Below are positions 20,040 to 29,527 of a stretch of 38,339 nucleotides of DNA, piece after piece; position 1 is the first letter of the stretch, and every line of letters starts with the position of its first letter. This DNA is from a virus, in IMG/VR virus record IMGVR_UViG_3300045988_105630. The stretch is one strand, 5' to 3'. The notes under the pieces are model-generated. The model searched no databases. It was not told the DNA's origin and was given only the letters and a program-made list of their open reading frames with translations. Made by a program: the position numbers and the translations under genes.

Positions 20040-21991
20040 TAATACACCCCTCTTCTTCTATTATTAATCTTTGTTTCTCTTTCCATGAACTCTTTATCAT
20101 AGCGATAAGTTCCTCTCGAGATTTCTCTGCCATCTAATTCACTTACAACAGTAATTTCAATAGGTTTTTGGTTGTTATCATTATTTGTTAATCCCGTTAA
20201 ATCATTGTAATTAGATCCAGTAGAATTAACCCTATAATCCTCTAGGTTAAATCCCGATTGGATTTGTGGCGCCATTGAATTAACCAACGATTGAACATTA
20301 GAAAAACCATCATCTAATCCTTCATATAAACCACCCATAATTGCGTTACCTGCTGGAATTAAAAGTTTTTTATCATAAGACAATGGCCCTTTATGATTTT
20401 GGATCCAAGTACCAATGCCACCAACAAATGATTTTACATGCTCAAATGCAGACTTCAATCCTCGCAAGAATCCATCAATAATAGCTTTACCAGCACTAAA
20501 CAGATTTACTTTTTTTACCGCTTGTATAATGCTACTTCCCAAATTATTCATAGCATTTTGAACATTTGAAAACATAGAAACTATACCCTTAACCAAAAAT
20601 ACAATGAGTTTAACACCCATTGCCAATATATCTGGTAATTTCTCCAACAAAGTAGCCAAAAACAACGCTGCAATCTTTAACACTGTAGCACCAATCATAG
20701 GTAGTCTTTGTATAATTCCGTTAACTAATTCCGTTAGAATCTTAATACCAGATTGTAGTATTTGTGGCAGATTATTAGTTACGTAATTAATAAATTCAGT
20801 AATAATCTTCAATGCAGTTTCTCCAATTTGAGGAAGTACATTGATAATTCCGTCAACTAATTTGAAAAACAAACTCTTTCCTGTTTCCCATATAGCCGGA
20901 AGATTACTCAATACAAACTGAACAAACGAGTTCAATAGATTACCTGCTGCACTTAAAAGTTCTGGTTGGGCGTTGATTATGCCAAGTATCAGATTACCTA
21001 CAAGTTCACTACCTTGCTGTAAAATCCTTGGGAAATTCGATTTCAACCAGGTAAATATTTGGTCAATTGCAGGATTAAGAGCATTAATCAGTTTAGGTAT
21101 TCCTTGAAGAATTACCAACCCAAGATTTCCCACAAGTTTTCCTACCATAGGTACCAAGTTCTTAAACAAGAAAGTACCCGTTGTTTGCACCAGATTACTT
21201 AATGTAGCATTAATATCTCCACCTGTAGTCAACGCTCCTTGAAAATCCTTAAAGGCGGCTTTCATAGAATTAAAAGAGCCTTCTAAAGTTTCACTCGCTT
21301 CCTTTGCAGTAGTTCCAGTAATATCTAATTTGCCTTGTATAGCGTGAATTGCATTGTATACATCAGACAAGTTGTTTATGTCATACTTCACTCCGGTAAG
21401 CTTAGTTGCATCGGCAAGTAGACGTTGCATCTCCGACTTCGTTCCTCCGTAACCGAGTTTAAGGTTATCCAGCATTGTGTAATTATCCTTGGCAAAGCCC
21501 TGGTATGCATTCTGAATGCTTTCCATATCTGAGCCGAACTTATTTGCATTATCGCTCATATCACGCATAGCCATGTCGGCTACATCTGCTGCTTTCGAAG
21601 TATTACCACCCAAAGATTGAAGCAAGCTAGCACTAAAACTGGTTACATTTTGCATGTATTCATTAGCAGATATGCCAGACGTTTCAAAAGCTTTTGCAGC
21701 ATACTGTTTTACCTTATCAGAGCTGTCCTTAAACAGCGTTTCCACACCACCAAGAGATTGCTCAAGCTGACCACCTTGAAATATACTGTCTTTGATAAAC
21801 TTTCCAATAGCAGCTGCCCCAATTACTCTTTTAGCCATGCCGACTAATGCTCCGCCAAGCTTAGATCCACTTTGAGTACCTGCACTCATGGCTTCACCGC
21901 CAAGTTCATTAGATATCATTCCTGATATACCTCTTGCAGAAGGAATTATTTGAACATAAGCCTTGCCTAAATCAGTTGCCATTTGTCTCAC
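20039..21991 (-). CDS. Tape measure protein. The likely start is the ATG at 21982.
   Basis: ORF track, 650 aa. It is a long helical protein with glycine- and hydrophobic-rich segments, positioned after the G/G-T chaperone pair. Confidence 0.8.
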   Translation of the reverse strand: MRQMATDLGKAYVQIIPSARGISGMISNELGGEAMSAGTQSGSKLGGALVGMAKRVIGAAAIGKFIKDSIFQGGQLEQSLGGVETLFKDSSDKVKQYAAKAFETSGISANEYMQNVTSFSASLLQSLGGNTSKAADVADMAMRDMSDNANKFGSDMESIQNAYQGFAKDNYTMLDNLKLGYGGTKSEMQRLLADATKLTGVKYDINNLSDVYNAIHAIQGKLDITGTTAKEASETLEGSFNSMKAAFKDFQGALTTGGDINATLSNLVQTTGTFLFKNLVPMVGKLVGNLGLVILQGIPKLINALNPAIDQIFTWLKSNFPRILQQGSELVGNLILGIINAQPELLSAAGNLLNSFVQFVLSNLPAIWETGKSLFFKLVDGIINVLPQIGETALKIITEFINYVTNNLPQILQSGIKILTELVNGIIQRLPMIGATVLKIAALFLATLLEKLPDILAMGVKLIVFLVKGIVSMFSNVQNAMNNLGSSIIQAVKKVNLFSAGKAIIDGFLRGLKSAFEHVKSFVGGIGTWIQNHKGPLSYDKKLLIPAGNAIMGGLYEGLDDGFSNVQSLVNSMAPQIQSGFNLEDYRVNSTGSNYNDLTGLTNNDNNQKPIEITVVSELDGREISRGTYRYDKEFMERETKINNRRRGVY

Positions 21992-22642
21992 CTGCCTTTA
22001 ATATCTTTTCTCTTGCTTTTAAAAACTCCTCACCAGTGTAGTACGCTTTGACATCGTCATCCATTTTCTTAGCAAAAACAGAATCAAATATCGATTTTGG
22101 AGCATTAATTCCTTTTTGCGCATCTTTAGTCTTAGACCAAGTAATAAAAGCCAAGTAATCAGTCATAAGAGCAAAAAGTTTTGTTTTGAAATCTCCCTTT
22201 TCACCACCCATACACATCATTACTCGGCTATCCTCTCTAAGTCCTCTTGTTAGTACCGCAGCAGTTGATAAAGGAATTTTCTTGTAATTGTAAATGTGAT
22301 AGTATTCAGCCAAATCACAAATCAATTCATCTTCACATTTATTTACCACACTAGCGAGGAATATTAGTTTTTTATAGGTTTTACTTGTTCAAAAATAGAA
22401 GTCAATTCTTCCTCTACTCTTTTAACATTGACTAGTCCTTTTTTATCACGAAGAAAATCAAGCAAATTATTTTTTTGTTTTTCTCCTAAAAGCAACACCA
22501 AAATCTTTGGCATAACCATTGGATTAGATTCATTTTCTGCTATAAGTTCAAATAACTCATAGTTTTCTAACCTATCCTTATCAATCGCAAATCTGAAACC
22601 ACTTTTAGTGATTCCTTTAATATAATTATTTTTGTTAGTCAT
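21972..22642 (-). CDS. Tail assembly chaperone G-T fusion made by a programmed -1 frameshift at 22367..22373
   Basis: The downstream ORF (track 21972..22349, GTG start, no SD) is open in the -1 frame back to 22388. It overlaps the end of the G ORF, where the heptamer A_AAA_AAC sits one codon before the G stop. Confidence 0.65.
22364..22642 (-). CDS. Tail assembly chaperone (gpG-like)
   Basis: ORF track, 92 aa. It lies between the major tail protein and the tape measure gene. Confidence 0.7.
   Translation of the reverse strand: MTNKNNYIKGITKSGFRFAIDKDRLENYELFELIAENESNPMVMPKILVLLLGEKQKNNLLDFLRDKKGLVNVKRVEEELTSIFEQVKPIKN
22367..22373 (-). promoter_or_regulatory. -1 ribosomal frameshift slippery heptamer A_AAA_AAC
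   Basis: Minus strand reads ATA AAA AAC TAA. The plus strand has gtttttt at 22367..22373. Confidence 0.65.
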
Positions 22643-22651
22643 TCATGCCTC

Positions 22652-23221
22652 CTACACTTCTGATGGCTTTGAAATATATTCAATGTGGTTATATTGTTCC
22701 TTGCCCTCTGTATAAGATAAAGCAGACACCGTAACTTCGTAGCCTATAGCATCGTTATTTACGTATTCAATATCTGATAAATTTGATAATTGCCCTTTAG
22801 GAATTACAATTCTTTTCAAATATCCGCCATTCATAATCATATCCACCACAACAGCTCTAGGTTCCCTAAAATCTGCAGTTGATTTAACTTTGATTCCAGT
22901 TTCGACAGTACCTGTGACATTCTTATCACCATAGACAAACTTCAACACCTCTACATTTAAAGTTTCAAGTAGTTTAAATGTAAAATCATCTGTCTTTTCT
23001 GTAGAAATCTTTAATACAGTTTGACCGCCCCATTCTTTAATATCTTCACTATCTAAGTTGTCAGCATTAGTCATTCCATCTTCTGATACAAATCCAAGTT
23101 CCTTAAAAGCAACATTTAATTTAGTATTAGCGTCTTTTGGAAGCTCAGTTCCAATCGGTGCCACCCAAATAGCTCCCTCAACTCGTGGTTTTGCAGCAGA
23201 AACATTACTAGAATTAGCCAT
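22652..23221 (-). CDS. Major tail protein
   Basis: ORF track, 189 aa. It sits upstream of the chaperone pair. GAIWVAPIGTELPKDA...ELGFVSEDG is typical of phi13-type major tail proteins as remembered. Confidence 0.75.
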   Translation of the reverse strand: MANSSNVSAAKPRVEGAIWVAPIGTELPKDANTKLNVAFKELGFVSEDGMTNADNLDSEDIKEWGGQTVLKISTEKTDDFTFKLLETLNVEVLKFVYGDKNVTGTVETGIKVKSTADFREPRAVVVDMIMNGGYLKRIVIPKGQLSNLSDIEYVNNDAIGYEVTVSALSYTEGKEQYNHIEYISKPSEV

Positions 23222-23232
23222 ACAATCCTCCT

Positions 23233-23571
23233 TTAATCTTTATAATAGATATCATACACAGCTTGATATCTGTGTTTTTTCTCTTGTACGTCAGTATAAT
23301 CGTAATCACTATCAAGTCTTACACTTGATACATCTTTAAGCTCAATTGCAGATAGCATCGCCTTTTTCAAATCATCATTCATAACAGCGCACTCATATTT
23401 GCTGTTAGCATAACTTTGAATAGCAAAGCTTGCATAGCTTATTCCATCACGAAAACCTCCGCCAAGTTTTTGAATTAAAAAAAACTGTGCCGGTTCATTT
23501 TCTTTATGCTCCAACAACACAGTTTTCTTCATTTTTTCTTCCAAATATTTTTTAATCGTTATTTCAATCAT
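23233..23571 (-). CDS. Tail terminator/tail completion protein
   Basis: ORF track, 112 aa. Assigned by position directly upstream of the major tail protein. Confidence 0.5.
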   Translation of the reverse strand: MIEITIKKYLEEKMKKTVLLEHKENEPAQFFLIQKLGGGFRDGISYASFAIQSYANSKYECAVMNDDLKKAMLSAIELKDVSSVRLDSDYDYTDVQEKKHRYQAVYDIYYKD

Positions 23572-23804
23572 TTTAAAGCCTTTAACAAAGTATTATTCTT
23601 GATATTCTCTTGCCTTGCTTTAGAACTACTAGCATATACACTTACAAATGCTCTTGTTTTCTCATCTACAACATCGGATGCATAACCATCACCACAACGG
23701 TTTTTGACAACCGCTGCCCTTTCTTCAAGAACATTTTTCATCTCATCAGAATGAAGTAATTGAGATACTCCTTTTTTATTTAATCTAAAACGAAACTTAT
23801 TCAA
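23568..23804 (-). CDS. Head-tail joining protein (HK97 gp10-like by resemblance)
   Basis: ORF track, 78 aa. GVSQLLHSDEMKNVLEERAAVV...NTLLKALK. Assigned partly by position in the neck module. Confidence 0.45.
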   Translation of the reverse strand: MNKFRFRLNKKGVSQLLHSDEMKNVLEERAAVVKNRCGDGYASDVVDEKTRAFVSVYASSSKARQENIKNNTLLKALK

Positions 23805-24141
23805 TTCGCTCCACCTTAACCTTTTTATTCCATTGAAGTGGAATCATATCCTCAATTCCTTGAGTAGGACTTCCCACAGTCTTGAATCTATCATCGAAAA
23901 ACTCAACAATAGCATTCTCCCAGTTGTGAGAATCCCCTTTTGGAATACCAAGAATATATGAAATTCGCCTACCAGTTAAATTCAATTCATTTACTAACTC
24001 ATCACTATTTAATGGAGCCACAAGAACATTATCAACAACAGTCGCCTTTTCAGTTACAACATCTGCTCCAAAAGGATCAGTCCCAGTCTTCACCAGATTC
24101 ACCAAAGTAACCGGTATTCCTTTCAGTTTCATAAAAATCAA
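23797..24141 (-). CDS. Head closure/head-tail adaptor protein. The likely start is the ATG at 24132.
   Basis: ORF track, 114 aa. GGGGTGA lies upstream of the MKLKGIPV start. Assigned by position after the gp6-like connector. Confidence 0.5.
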   Translation of the reverse strand: MIFMKLKGIPVTLVNLVKTGTDPFGADVVTEKATVVDNVLVAPLNSDELVNELNLTGRRISYILGIPKGDSHNWENAIVEFFDDRFKTVGSPTQGIEDMIPLQWNKKVKVERIE

Positions 24142-24511
24142 TCACCCCATATCTCTGACGTTTCAAACCTAACCTTTGAAGCTCGCTATTTTTTATGAAA
24201 ATACCTCCACCAGGTGTAAGATAAGTACCACTGACAGTATATCCAAGTGCAGACTGAGAAAACTGACTCAAAGGCTCTCCATCAGTAGCAGTCATCATAG
24301 TCCTTGATACAATATCAGTAACAACTGATTTTAAAACGCTTAGATATACTTCATTTTCGGCTTTCTTATCCAAATCGATTTGCATTTTTTCTGCCTCTAA
24401 CCTTAGCATATCACTCACCGTTTTTAAAAGAGCTTTGCACCTATCCATTTCTTCATCTTGCAGCGGTCTCCATAAAAGCACTACATCTTCTACAGTTGCA
24501 AATTCTTTCAT
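24077..24511 (-). CDS. gp6-like head-tail connector protein
   Basis: ORF track, 144 aa. Assigned by position after the capsid gene and its helical N-terminus. The C-terminus reads ...LKRQRYGV. Confidence 0.5.
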   Translation of the reverse strand: MKEFATVEDVVLLWRPLQDEEMDRCKALLKTVSDMLRLEAEKMQIDLDKKAENEVYLSVLKSVVTDIVSRTMMTATDGEPLSQFSQSALGYTVSGTYLTPGGGIFIKNSELQRLGLKRQRYGVIDFYETERNTGYFGESGEDWD

Positions 24512-24515
24512 AATA

Positions 24516-24788
24516 TTACCCTTGAAGTAATTTTAATAACTCATCTTTTGTCATCTTAGAGTCGTATTCAATCTTCAGTGCATCCAACTCCTGCATGATA
24601 TCTTTTTTTGTAATAGTCGATTTATCATCTTGATTTTCTGTTTGATTTTCTGTTTGGTCAGATTTTGTTTCAATCACTTTTTCATTCTTTTCTTCAGTGA
24701 TTTCTTTTCCTTTTTCCACCCAAAACTCTCCCATTGCAACAGAAGAGGAGCTTAGCACTCCTCCTGTTTTAGTGTTAATTAATATCAT
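24516..24788 (-). CDS. Small head-associated protein with a Rho-N/SAP-like C-terminal motif
   Basis: ORF track, 90 aa. The C-terminus is TKKDIMQELDALKIEYDSKMTKDELLKLLQG. Confidence 0.4.
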   Translation of the reverse strand: MILINTKTGGVLSSSSVAMGEFWVEKGKEITEEKNEKVIETKSDQTENQTENQDDKSTITKKDIMQELDALKIEYDSKMTKDELLKLLQG

Positions 24789-25678
24789 TATTCAGCAGCC
24801 TCAATTCTAGAAAATGCAGAAGCATCTAAGATTCCCCATCCTAAATAAGTTTCAGCTCTTAAATAAACTTGGTTATATCCTTTTAAGTCACGACCTGAGT
24901 TATCTGGATCACCATATTGAATAACTTCAAGTGGAATTTGCTTTGCATAGCCCCATTTAAATGATCCAGCAAAGTCTCCTAGGATTGCAACATCTTTTGA
25001 TGGTTTAGCATTAACAGTTTTATTAATGTCAATTTTTAACCCATTCAAGTTGCCAGGATTTGCTCCGAAACGCAATTCAGGATATTGTCTAACACCATTT
25101 ACTTTTATTTTTGATAATGCAGTAGTTACTTGTGGCGCAACAATCATTGCTGACACATCAGCTTCACTACCTTGAACTAACCCAATAGCAGTTTCGATAT
25201 TATCCTCAACATTCGCCTCATCATATACAACTTTTTGGCTTACTGCTGCATCAAAGTGATTTGACCCGATAACAGTAGAAGCTTGACCAGTTCTAGGATT
25301 AATACCGTGCATAGCCATTAAATCCAAGCCCTTAGCAAGTTTTTTTGCGAATCCATCATTAAATGCCTTTAATATATTGATTCTTTCTTCTTCTGATGCA
25401 TACATGAACTCGTCTGTAATTCTAGCACCATATTCAACTTTAATTGGAACAATCTTTATAGAATCTAAAGATATGCCACCGTGTGATTTCTTTCCATTTT
25501 CAGCTACAACATCAATCTCATTATCCATGGTGAAAGTAAATTCTTTCAATCCATTAAATGGAATCGGAGTTTGACCTGAAACTTGTGCAATTGACGATTT
25601 TCCCTTAACCTTATTGATTAAATCTTTTACTAATTGTGGTTGGAATAATTCTCCTCTTTGTAATTCTGTTTTTCCCAT
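24788..25678 (-). CDS. Major capsid protein (HK97-fold)
   Basis: ORF track, 296 aa. It lies directly downstream of the scaffold gene. ...ARITDEFMYASEEERINILKAFNDGFAKKLAKGLDLMAMHG... is a typical Phage_capsid pattern. Confidence 0.8.
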   Translation of the reverse strand: MGKTELQRGELFQPQLVKDLINKVKGKSSIAQVSGQTPIPFNGLKEFTFTMDNEIDVVAENGKKSHGGISLDSIKIVPIKVEYGARITDEFMYASEEERINILKAFNDGFAKKLAKGLDLMAMHGINPRTGQASTVIGSNHFDAAVSQKVVYDEANVEDNIETAIGLVQGSEADVSAMIVAPQVTTALSKIKVNGVRQYPELRFGANPGNLNGLKIDINKTVNAKPSKDVAILGDFAGSFKWGYAKQIPLEVIQYGDPDNSGRDLKGYNQVYLRAETYLGWGILDASAFSRIEAAE

Positions 25679-25679
25679 T

Positions 25680-26153
25680 TTACTCTCCTTGTAAATCTAA
25701 ATTTCTAACTAAATTCCTGTAAGCTGAATCCTCATCATCGATTATAGGTTCCACACTTGCAAGTGGCGCTACAGGTTCATTTCTTACTAGCATATTTGAT
25801 AAATTTTTTGCATCTTCCATCAAATCCTCTTCTGTATTTCCTACAAGTCTACCGGCCAACTCGTATGGAATGCCATTTTTTAAGGCTATGTCCGTTTTTA
25901 AATTCTTTAGTTCATAAGAATTAATCTTTCCTTGTAATTCTTCAATTCTTGAGTTGAACTCATCAGAATTTAGTTTGTTTTTTTCTAATACAGACTTAGT
26001 ATCTGATAACTCATGCTTTAGTGACTCATTTTCTTTTTTCAAATCATCATAGTCACTATAATCTTTCAAAATGCTTTCTTTTTGTCTGTTGAGTCTTTCT
26101 GCAATTGCAGAATTAAACTCTTCTTGAGTTGTAATAGGTTTAAATTCTCCCAT
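25680..26153 (-). CDS. Scaffolding protein (DUF4355-like)
   Basis: ORF track, 157 aa. TTQEEFNSAIAERLNRQKE plus coiled-coil sequence, directly upstream of the capsid gene. Confidence 0.7.
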   Translation of the reverse strand: MGEFKPITTQEEFNSAIAERLNRQKESILKDYSDYDDLKKENESLKHELSDTKSVLEKNKLNSDEFNSRIEELQGKINSYELKNLKTDIALKNGIPYELAGRLVGNTEEDLMEDAKNLSNMLVRNEPVAPLASVEPIIDDEDSAYRNLVRNLDLQGE

Positions 26154-26230
26154 TATTCAATTCTCCTTTCTCGATTTAGCCTCTCTTACGAGGAAATTTG
26201 TATTAAAAAATAGCCTACAATAGTAGACTA

Positions 26231-27628
26231 CTAACACCAAACTTTTTGTTTTTTCTTTTCTATTTTTTCACTACATATCCAATGCGCCAATATACACGCA
26301 TCCATTAAGGAAATATCATTTTCTTCAAACTGCGACTTATATCCAAATCCTCCATGACTACCAATATTTCTCTTCAAACAATTAGTCACAACATCAGTTA
26401 AACTAGCTTGATCCTTGTGCAATACTGTTTTTGTAAATATTGCTTGCTCCCATTTTGAGTTTGCAACAATAATCTCTGAAACTGTAGGCAAAATAGGTTT
26501 AATAAGCTTGAAACTATCCATTTCCTTTTTCAAAATCTCTTGTCCACTAGCACCATCTATGACTACATTTTCATAATCGATTTGTTTTAAAAAATTAATA
26601 ATCCAACCATTTCCGATACGAATGCTCCTACAATCAATAGCTTCAACGAAGATTTTACCCGACAATGTCTTTATAGCAATAGCCATAGCTACATTTTTGC
26701 CATCATTACCATACTTAATCCCGACATTAATCTTACCAGTAAGAGCAGGTAAACTTGGAGCCATAACAGAATCCCAGTCTTTTTGAGTAATTGCTGATTT
26801 TTGGTTATATCTAATCCATAAACCTAAACGCTGAATATTAAAGTCTAAATCATCCGTACCAATCTCATCCTCAATACTTCTTTCAGTAAATATCGTACCA
26901 AGAGATGGATTTGTCTTATACCAAAGCTCTACGTCATTAACATCTGATTCTTCATCAATTCCCCACTCAGCCCAGCCTGTGTTTTTACTACCACCATCGA
27001 TAGCATTGTTTCTCATATTTAAAAAAACAGTACCTGCCGATACTGTCGTTGGAGGAGTTCCTATAAATACCGTCTGTGGATTTTTACTAGAAGTAACCAC
27101 GTATTTAAGGGCAGATTGTTGGTCATCGGTGTATTCTTGAGCCTCATCAATGACAAGTAGATCATATCCTTCACCAAGACCACCTGTCGATGTTCTTGTT
27201 CTAAACTTTAAAACACCGCCGTCAACAAATCTTATCTCTTCATTTCCTTTAGCTTTTAAAGTTGTAAAATTTTCGTCGTTGACATAACCCATAGACTCCA
27301 GCACTTTAATAATTCTCTCCCAAGCGGTATGTGATGTATTAGTTCTGTGTGCTGTATGGAGCATTTCCTCACCTTTTAAGAGACCATATAACTCACGAAT
27401 AAGAACAACCTCATTTTTACCATTACGACGTGGAAGAGAAAAACCAAATTTTGTATGAGTCCATAAGCCATCATCATTAATAGCCAATATATGATTAATT
27501 AAGTTTTTCTGCCATTGCTGAGCCTTTCTCCCAGATTTTTCGTACCATTCAATGGCACAATCTCCGTATGTTTTTTCGTAGGGCAATAAAACAGATGTTG
27601 TTGGATTTTGATTACCAAGTCTTGTCAT
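26231..27628 (-). CDS. terL: Terminase large subunit
   Basis: ORF track, 465 aa. Walker A-like LPRRNGKNE and Walker B YDLLVIDEAQ, followed by a C-terminal nuclease-type region. Confidence 0.85.
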   Translation of the reverse strand: MTRLGNQNPTTSVLLPYEKTYGDCAIEWYEKSGRKAQQWQKNLINHILAINDDGLWTHTKFGFSLPRRNGKNEVVLIRELYGLLKGEEMLHTAHRTNTSHTAWERIIKVLESMGYVNDENFTTLKAKGNEEIRFVDGGVLKFRTRTSTGGLGEGYDLLVIDEAQEYTDDQQSALKYVVTSSKNPQTVFIGTPPTTVSAGTVFLNMRNNAIDGGSKNTGWAEWGIDEESDVNDVELWYKTNPSLGTIFTERSIEDEIGTDDLDFNIQRLGLWIRYNQKSAITQKDWDSVMAPSLPALTGKINVGIKYGNDGKNVAMAIAIKTLSGKIFVEAIDCRSIRIGNGWIINFLKQIDYENVVIDGASGQEILKKEMDSFKLIKPILPTVSEIIVANSKWEQAIFTKTVLHKDQASLTDVVTNCLKRNIGSHGGFGYKSQFEENDISLMDACILAHWICSEKIEKKKQKVWC

Positions 27629-27669
27629 TACCCCTCCTAAAATTTTGTACTAAATACGGGATATTATTT

Positions 27670-28026
27670 TTACATAAATACCAATTTAATCAAACTTGAA
27701 ATAGTATCCACGTTTTTTAATAAAAAGTTTTTAACTTCTTGCATTTTACTATTTTCAGTTAAAAATTGCATACCTTTAAAAGTAATCCTCATATCAGTTA
27801 AATCATTACATATGATAGATTCAATACCCCAAGCATGAGCAAAAATTAACCCATCAATAAATCCCTCTTTTTGCATTATTTCAAGTAAATCGTTAAAATA
27901 ATTTTCATCTATGCTACCAATAGCTGTTTTGAATTCATTAATATCAAATACAGTTTTCCTTTTTAAAACTGCATAAAGGTATGTTAATACTTTAAAAACA
28001 ATAACATTATAGTCATCCTTTGCCAA
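27670..28026 (-). CDS. YjcQ-like winged-helix protein occupying the small-terminase position (TTG start)
   Basis: ORF track, 118 aa. ...DLLEIMQKEGFIDGL...ITFKGMQFLTENSKM resembles YjcQ as remembered. AGGAGGTGG lies 7 nt before the TTG. It is directly upstream of terL. Confidence 0.45.
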   Translation of the reverse strand: MAKDDYNVIVFKVLTYLYAVLKRKTVFDINEFKTAIGSIDENYFNDLLEIMQKEGFIDGLIFAHAWGIESIICNDLTDMRITFKGMQFLTENSKMQEVKNFLLKNVDTISSLIKLVFM

Positions 28027-28055
28027 AATACGTCCACCTCCTAAAATTATGCACT

Positions 28056-28100
28056 AAAAAAGCACTCCTAACATCTTACAGTTGTAATTAGTTAGTGTGC
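28056..28100 (-). terminator. Possible intrinsic terminator after the MuF-toxin/immunity pair
   Basis: The minus-strand RNA reads GCACACUAAC...GUUAGGAGUGC, a 9-bp stem with an internal loop and an 18-nt loop, followed by UUUUUU. Confidence 0.35.
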
Positions 28101-28289
28101 TTAGTCTAATATTTCTATTGATTTGATTTCATTTTCAAGTAGTTTAATCCAACCGCTATCTGTTTTTACTGATAATCCATCAAATTCCTCTTCAAAGTCT
28201 TCTTTATTTTCATATAGACACCTTCCGGAAAACATCTGATTATCTATATCTGTTATTTTAACTAATTTATTATTGTATTTTTGCAACAT
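28101..28289 (-). CDS. Small acidic protein, candidate immunity protein for the MuF-fused toxin domain
   Basis: ORF track, 62 aa. It starts 2 nt after the MuF stop. The function is inferred from position only. Confidence 0.4.
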   Translation of the reverse strand: MLQKYNNKLVKITDIDNQMFSGRCLYENKEDFEEEFDGLSVKTDSGWIKLLENEIKSIEILD

Positions 28290-28291
28290 AT

Positions 28292-29527
28292 TTATTCTCC
28301 TGTATCAAAAAATGTAGGAACTAAGTGAACACCTGTTTTGCCATAATGTATAGTCATAGCATTTATTGGTCGATTAGTATAAAAATCTATCCCTAATTCT
28401 TTTTTTTCATTTAACGTGATTTTTTCTGTACTTTTCCTCTTGCCATTTCTGTCTTTTTCAATATATCCAGTCATCTTATACTCATTATACAACTTTTCTA
28501 TATCTATGTCATCATAAAAATAGCTTTTATTTTCCCCTACAGTTGATTGCATATGTCTTTTCTGTTTATCAAAATTAACCTTATCTTTCCATACCCCTTT
28601 ATTGAAATTATTTTGAATAAACACGTGATCCTTTAATTTCTCGTATTCTTCAATATTCTCATATTTTAGTTTTTGAAAGGCACTTAAAGATTTGGGCATT
28701 TTGTCTTTTCCTAACACAGAAATATATTGTTTATACTGCAATGAATCCTCATGTCTGTTTAGTGCTCTTATATCCTGTAATTCTTGTGCTTTTTGAATTC
28801 TTTCATTACTAAAATTAGAATTACGCTTTCTTTTAGTATGCACGTTTTGTCTACTATTTTTATCGGGGACATACTCCACAGTGCATCTACAATGCCTATG
28901 ACGTCTGAACACATCATTTCCAGTATTGCTGATATCATCATAATTATACGATCCAACTAGTTTTTTACACCAATCGCAGCAGCTTCCGTGTTCTTTTCTT
29001 ACAATCTTTGGAGATAGACCCAAATTACTATGAAATTCTGCATTAGTTTTAACTGTATCATCAACAACAGCTTGAGTGAAATTTGTTATAGGTTCTTTTA
29101 ACACCCATTTTGTTTTATCAAATTTATCCTCACTGACTCTGTTTATAATACCGTCAATTCTGTCTTGATTAATCTCCGGTTTTAAACCCTTAATATTTAA
29201 GCCAGCTTGCCTGTTTAAACTCGTTTGAGTGTCTGAGGCATATGTTGATACCAATTCATAGTTTTTTTTCAATGTGGGCTCTATAATTCGCTTAGCAATA
29301 TTATAATACATAGTCTCATTAGGAAGTATTCCTTCTGATATATTTTCCAGATAACACTCAGATAAAATATCACCTAACCTCATAGCGTATTCATTAGAGC
29401 TCATATGATTACTTTTCTTTTCGAATAGAAGAGTTTCCAGTCTTTTTATCTTTTCATCTTTTCTAAATTTATTCTGAAATGATTTTTCAATCAAATCTAA
29501 CAAATCAGGGACTATATCCTTATCCAT
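28292..29527 (-). CDS. Head morphogenesis protein (SPP1 gp7/Mu F-like) fused to a C-terminal toxin-like domain
   Basis: ORF track, 411 aa. It lies after the portal gene and overlaps its 3' end by 8 nt (29520..29527). The MuF-type core ends ...CCDWCKKLVGSYNYDD...FRRHRHCRCTVEYVP. About 175 extra residues follow, ending ...NFDKQKRHMQSTVGENKSYFY...TIHYGKTGVHLVPTFFD. Confidence 0.65.
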   Translation of the reverse strand: MDKDIVPDLLDLIEKSFQNKFRKDEKIKRLETLLFEKKSNHMSSNEYAMRLGDILSECYLENISEGILPNETMYYNIAKRIIEPTLKKNYELVSTYASDTQTSLNRQAGLNIKGLKPEINQDRIDGIINRVSEDKFDKTKWVLKEPITNFTQAVVDDTVKTNAEFHSNLGLSPKIVRKEHGSCCDWCKKLVGSYNYDDISNTGNDVFRRHRHCRCTVEYVPDKNSRQNVHTKRKRNSNFSNERIQKAQELQDIRALNRHEDSLQYKQYISVLGKDKMPKSLSAFQKLKYENIEEYEKLKDHVFIQNNFNKGVWKDKVNFDKQKRHMQSTVGENKSYFYDDIDIEKLYNEYKMTGYIEKDRNGKRKSTEKITLNEKKELGIDFYTNRPINAMTIHYGKTGVHLVPTFFDTGE

